A stretch of DNA of 64,000 nt from Gammaproteobacteria bacterium (GTDB lineage: Bacteria; Pseudomonadota; Gammaproteobacteria; Eutrophobiales; Eutrophobiaceae): the NCBI GenBank assembly GCA_963422205.2, contig CAXMWX010000011.1, positions 64,001 to 128,000 on the forward strand. The letters run 5' to 3'. How positions within the stretch are numbered: position 1 is the stretch's first letter; each line of letters starts with the position of its first letter. Position numbers and translations under genes: made by a program. Positions 61,107-64,000 of the stretch are shown here, piece by piece. A model generated the notes under the pieces. The model was not told the DNA's origin. It did no database searches and was given only the letters and a program-made list of their open reading frames with translations.

Positions 61107-62321
61107 ATGAACCAGAGAGATGAATTACAACAGCGCGGCCCGCTGGCCGATGTCCGTGTCATTGAAATGGGTGTGCTTCTGGCCGGGCCGTTCTGTGGTC
61201 AGCTGCTGGGGGATTTCGGCGCCGAAGTCATCAAGATAGAACAGCCCGGGGTGGGCGATCCCATGCGTGAATGGGGTCAGGAAAAAGCCCAGGGGCATTC
61301 GCTGTGGTGGCCGGTCGTGGCGCGGAATAAAAAATCCATCACCTTGAACGCACGGGAAACCGAAGGCCAGCAGATCATCAAGCAGCTCGTGGCCGAGGCG
61401 GATATTCTGATCGAGAACTTCCGTCCTGGCACGATGGAGCGCTGGAACTTGAGCTATGAGGAGTTGGCAGAGATCAACCCGCGGCTGATCATGGTGCGTA
61501 TAACCGGCTTCGGTCAGACCGGCCCTTATGCCAAACAAGCCGGCTATGGCTCGATTGGCGAGGCGATGGGCGGGCTGCGGTTTGTGGTGGGTGATCCGGA
61601 CAAACCCCCCAGCCGCATGGGGATCAGCATTGGCGATGAGCTGGCCGCCACCTATGCCTGCCTGGGTGCCTTGAGTGCCTTGCATGTACGCCAGACCACC
61701 GGCCGGGGTCAGGTCGTTGATTCGGCGATTTATGAGGCCGTGTTTGCCATGATGGAGTCCTTGATCCCGGAATACCAGATCGGCGGCTATGTGCGCCAGC
61801 GCACCGGTTCAATTTTACCTAATGTGGCCCCGGCGAATGCGTATCCTGTCAAAGATGGTGACTATCTGGTCGCCGCCAACCAGGATACCGTCTTCAAACG
61901 CTTTGCTGAGGCCATGGGGCGCCCGGAACTGGCCGAGGATTCGCGTTACGCCACGCACACCGCCCGCGGCAGACACCAGCAGGAACTGGACGAGTTGATA
62001 TCTGCCTGGACACAAACCATGACAGCCGCCGAGTTGCGCGAGAAGATGAACGAACATGGCGTCCCCAGTGGCAAGATTTATACCGCGGCCGATATGCTGG
62101 AGGATGAGCACTTCGCTGCACGCCAGGCCATCGTCTCGGTGCCGCATACGCTGTTTGGTGAGTTGAAGATGCAGAACGTGTTCCCCCGCATGTCTGACAC
62201 GCAAGGCAAGGTGCGCTGGCCAGGCCCGGAGCTGGGCGAGCATAACAAGGAAATCTATCAGGACGTGCTGGGCATGGCGGATGAGCAGATAGCGCAGTTG
62301 AAAGAGAAAGGCGTTATCTAG
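61107..62321 (+). CDS. CaiB/BaiF family III CoA transferase
   Basis: LAGPFC, GAEVIKIE, RNKKSITL, ENFRPG, ITGFGQTGPY, catalytic Asp region SIGD, PELGEHN. Confidence 0.94.
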   Translation: MNQRDELQQRGPLADVRVIEMGVLLAGPFCGQLLGDFGAEVIKIEQPGVGDPMREWGQEKAQGHSLWWPVVARNKKSITLNARETEGQQIIKQLVAEADILIENFRPGTMERWNLSYEELAEINPRLIMVRITGFGQTGPYAKQAGYGSIGEAMGGLRFVVGDPDKPPSRMGISIGDELAATYACLGALSALHVRQTTGRGQVVDSAIYEAVFAMMESLIPEYQIGGYVRQRTGSILPNVAPANAYPVKDGDYLVAANQDTVFKRFAEAMGRPELAEDSRYATHTARGRHQQELDELISAWTQTMTAAELREKMNEHGVPSGKIYTAADMLEDEHFAARQAIVSVPHTLFGELKMQNVFPRMSDTQGKVRWPGPELGEHNKEIYQDVLGMADEQIAQLKEKGVI

Positions 62322-62434
62322 CGTTATCTGGGCGAGCATAACAAGGAAATCTATCAGGACGTGCTGGGCATGGCGGATGAGCAGATAGCGCAGTTGAAAG
62401 AGAAAGGCGTTATCTAGCGTTATCTGGGCGAGCA
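62232..62434 (+). repeat. Perfect 96-bp tandem duplication of the CoA transferase 3' end plus an 11-bp partial third copy
   Basis: Unit ctgggcgagcat...tatctagcgttat at 62232-62327 and 62328-62423; ctgggcgagca at 62424-62434. Confidence 0.95.
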
Positions 62435-62438
62435 GATG

Positions 62439-62837
62439 CTAAACCAGCACGTTTGACCCGCTCATATACACATACACTTCTTGGAATTTCTCATCGCGAA
62501 TACGCCAGAAATTGGTATTCTCCAGCCGGGTTTCGTTGCCATCCGTATCAACCAGCTCGGCCACAAAACTGGCGGCAATGCGACCATTGGCGGCATCTAC
62601 CGTGCAGGTAAAATCACGATGAATAATGGTCTCGTATGCGCCCATGAAATCAACAAACATGCGCCTGATCTCTGCCTTGCCGACATGGGTGGTGAAGGCC
62701 GTCTGTACGGTCAGCATGGCATTGTCATGAAAACAATCCAACACGGCATCCAGTGCCTTTTTATCCACATTACCGAAGTATTTGTGTATCGCCAGATCGA
62801 TCAGGCCATCGCCATCCAAACGTGATGGATATTGCAT
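62439..62837 (-). CDS. NTF2/SnoaL-like family protein
   Basis: KYFGNVD...AVLDCFHDNA, HVGKAEIRRMF, C-terminal strand pair ending VYVYMSG. Confidence 0.8.
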   Translation of the reverse strand: MQYPSRLDGDGLIDLAIHKYFGNVDKKALDAVLDCFHDNAMLTVQTAFTTHVGKAEIRRMFVDFMGAYETIIHRDFTCTVDAANGRIAASFVAELVDTDGNETRLENTNFWRIRDEKFQEVYVYMSGSNVLV

Positions 62838-62852
62838 AATTATCTCCTCGCC

Positions 62853-63248
62853 TTACTTCAGCAGGTTCTCGCCGCTCATATAGACAAACACACGGCTGAA
62901 TTTTCCCTCATGCAGATAGAAACGATTACAGTTTTCATAACGCTGTAGCTCACCGGTCGCCTTTGGCACGACTTCAACGGAGAACTGCGAGCATATCGCC
63001 TGTGCCTGCGTGTCCACCGTATGGACAAAGTTGCCATGCCAGATCCGGCTGTGTGCATCAAACAGGCCAACGAACATCGCCTTGATCGCATCCATGCCAT
63101 CGTGCAAGGTGTTGGAGGTCATCTCCCGTAACGTGGCATCGGCGTGAAAACAATCCAGCACCCGCCCCATGTCGTCATTATCCACCCCGTGAAAATAACG
63201 CTTGGTGACGATGTCCACATAGTAGTCGTAGTGATAGTCGCTCATCAT
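62853..63248 (-). CDS. NTF2/SnoaL-like family protein (paralog of its neighbour)
   Basis: RYFHGVD...RVLDCFHADA, HDGMDAIKAMF, VFVYMSG. Confidence 0.8.
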   Translation of the reverse strand: MMSDYHYDYYVDIVTKRYFHGVDNDDMGRVLDCFHADATLREMTSNTLHDGMDAIKAMFVGLFDAHSRIWHGNFVHTVDTQAQAICSQFSVEVVPKATGELQRYENCNRFYLHEGKFSRVFVYMSGENLLK

Positions 63249-63278
63249 GCTAACCTTAGGGTCTGTTGTATTGATCGA

Positions 63279-64000
63279 TCACGCTGGCTTTTGGATGCGA
63301 GAGAGAATCATCGCATCATTCGGTTTTTCAGGGCTGGGGAAGGCCCGCTTGCTGTGGCTGAGGTTGAGTTGCAGATACATCTCACACAGCTTGTAGGCCA
63401 CCTGCCCCGGATTGATCACCGGCACGGGTAATCTCTCGGCCAGATAGCCGTGCGACTGGTGCATGGTGGTTGAGCCCAGCACGATCACACTGGCCGCATC
63501 CTCATTGATCGCCCGCAGGCTTTCCTGTTCCAGTTGCTTAAAAACCCCCTCTTCCTTGCCCTCCAGAAGTTCCTGCAGGTCCGGCCGGGTTTTGATCGAG
63601 CGCAACGAGGCACAGCGATGCTCAAGCCCGTACTCTTTCAGCGTCTTGGTGTACAGCGGAAACCATTCATCCCACATGGTGATCACGGAGAACCTGTGTC
63701 CCAGACAACAGGCGATATGGAAGGCCGCCTGCCCCGGCCCGACAACCGGTATCAAGAGCCTGGAACGCAGGGCATACATGCCGGAATCACTGACCGTATC
63801 AATGCACACAGCCGCATAGCCCTCTTCCTCCGCCTGGAGACCCGCTTCAAAGACGCTCATGTCCATAAGCAGCGTATCGTAGTAGCTGTCGCCCAGCGCC
63901 GCCCCCCAACTGACAGCGACAAAATCAACCTCCGCCCCTGGCATCAGCAGGTCTTTCGGTAATTGTGATGCCCGGTTATCAACACCTGCCTGATCCATGG
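63279..64000 (-). CDS. Asp/Glu/hydantoin racemase-family protein, probably 5'-truncated by the window edge
   Basis: AEEEGYAAVCID..SDSG..ALRS.L.IPVVG, LGHRFSVIT, VIVLG, LPVPVINP. Confidence 0.85.
   Translation of the reverse strand, partial: MDQAGVDNRASQLPKDLLMPGAEVDFVAVSWGAALGDSYYDTLLMDMSVFEAGLQAEEEGYAAVCIDTVSDSGMYALRSRLLIPVVGPGQAAFHIACCLGHRFSVITMWDEWFPLYTKTLKEYGLEHRCASLRSIKTRPDLQELLEGKEEGVFKQLEQESLRAINEDAASVIVLGSTTMHQSHGYLAERLPVPVINPGQVAYKLCEMYLQLNLSHSKRAFPSPEKPNDAMILSRIQKPA

Noticed and set aside
62319-62321. Pyrrolysine or programmed readthrough at the CoA transferase TAG
   Set aside because: The protein is complete at the stop; the in-frame continuation is just the duplicated sequence, and no pyl genes are in view.
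62232-62434. CRISPR array
   Set aside because: Two contiguous identical units of coding sequence, no spacers and no cas genes.
112-63962. Numerous antisense and alternate-frame ORFs in the ORF track (e.g. 1089-1679, 12367-13170, 34716-35507, 51828-52589)
   Set aside because: They overlap well-supported genes, lack motifs, and are expected shadow ORFs in GC-rich DNA.

Overview
Chromosomal window from a moderately GC-rich Gammaproteobacterium; the lineage is inferred from gene order and protein sequences. Left edge: 3' part of a Type III restriction (Res) helicase-nuclease. 1.8-22 kb (minus strand): the conserved rpsB-tsf-pyrH-frr-uppS-cdsA-dxr-rseP-bamA-skp-lpxD-fabZ-lpxA-lpxB-rnhB-dnaE-accA-tilS block, with a t44-type rpsB leader. 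22-37 kb: map-glnD-mutH-dusA, envelope proteins, prc (with an internal 9-residue duplication next to the catalytic Lys), manC, and an HDAC-mtaB pair. 37-50 kb: mixed accessory genes, including a degenerate PilZ protein behind an AT-rich island, two divergent msrA genes plus a TlpA thioredoxin, a phasin and phaC sharing PhaR-type boxes over their promoters, a candidate anti-Shine-Dalgarno sRNA in the phasin 3' UTR, a sirtuin, an MshEN-cNMP protein, and a betaine-type ABC transporter with a structured leader. 50-64 kb: leuCD and the strongest candidate for an undescribed system, a GntR-controlled catabolic island (TGTATACA boxes). It encodes a TonB receptor, an isochorismatase-family amidase, an ATP-dependent hydantoinase/lactamase AB pair, a frameshifted HMG-CoA-lyase-like gene, a CaiB CoA transferase, two paralogous NTF2/SnoaL proteins, and a hydantoin-racemase-fold protein apparently lacking both catalytic cysteines. 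The island runs off the right edge. No rRNA, tRNA, CRISPR array or transposase was seen. All assignments come from motif recognition by eye; no database search was run.
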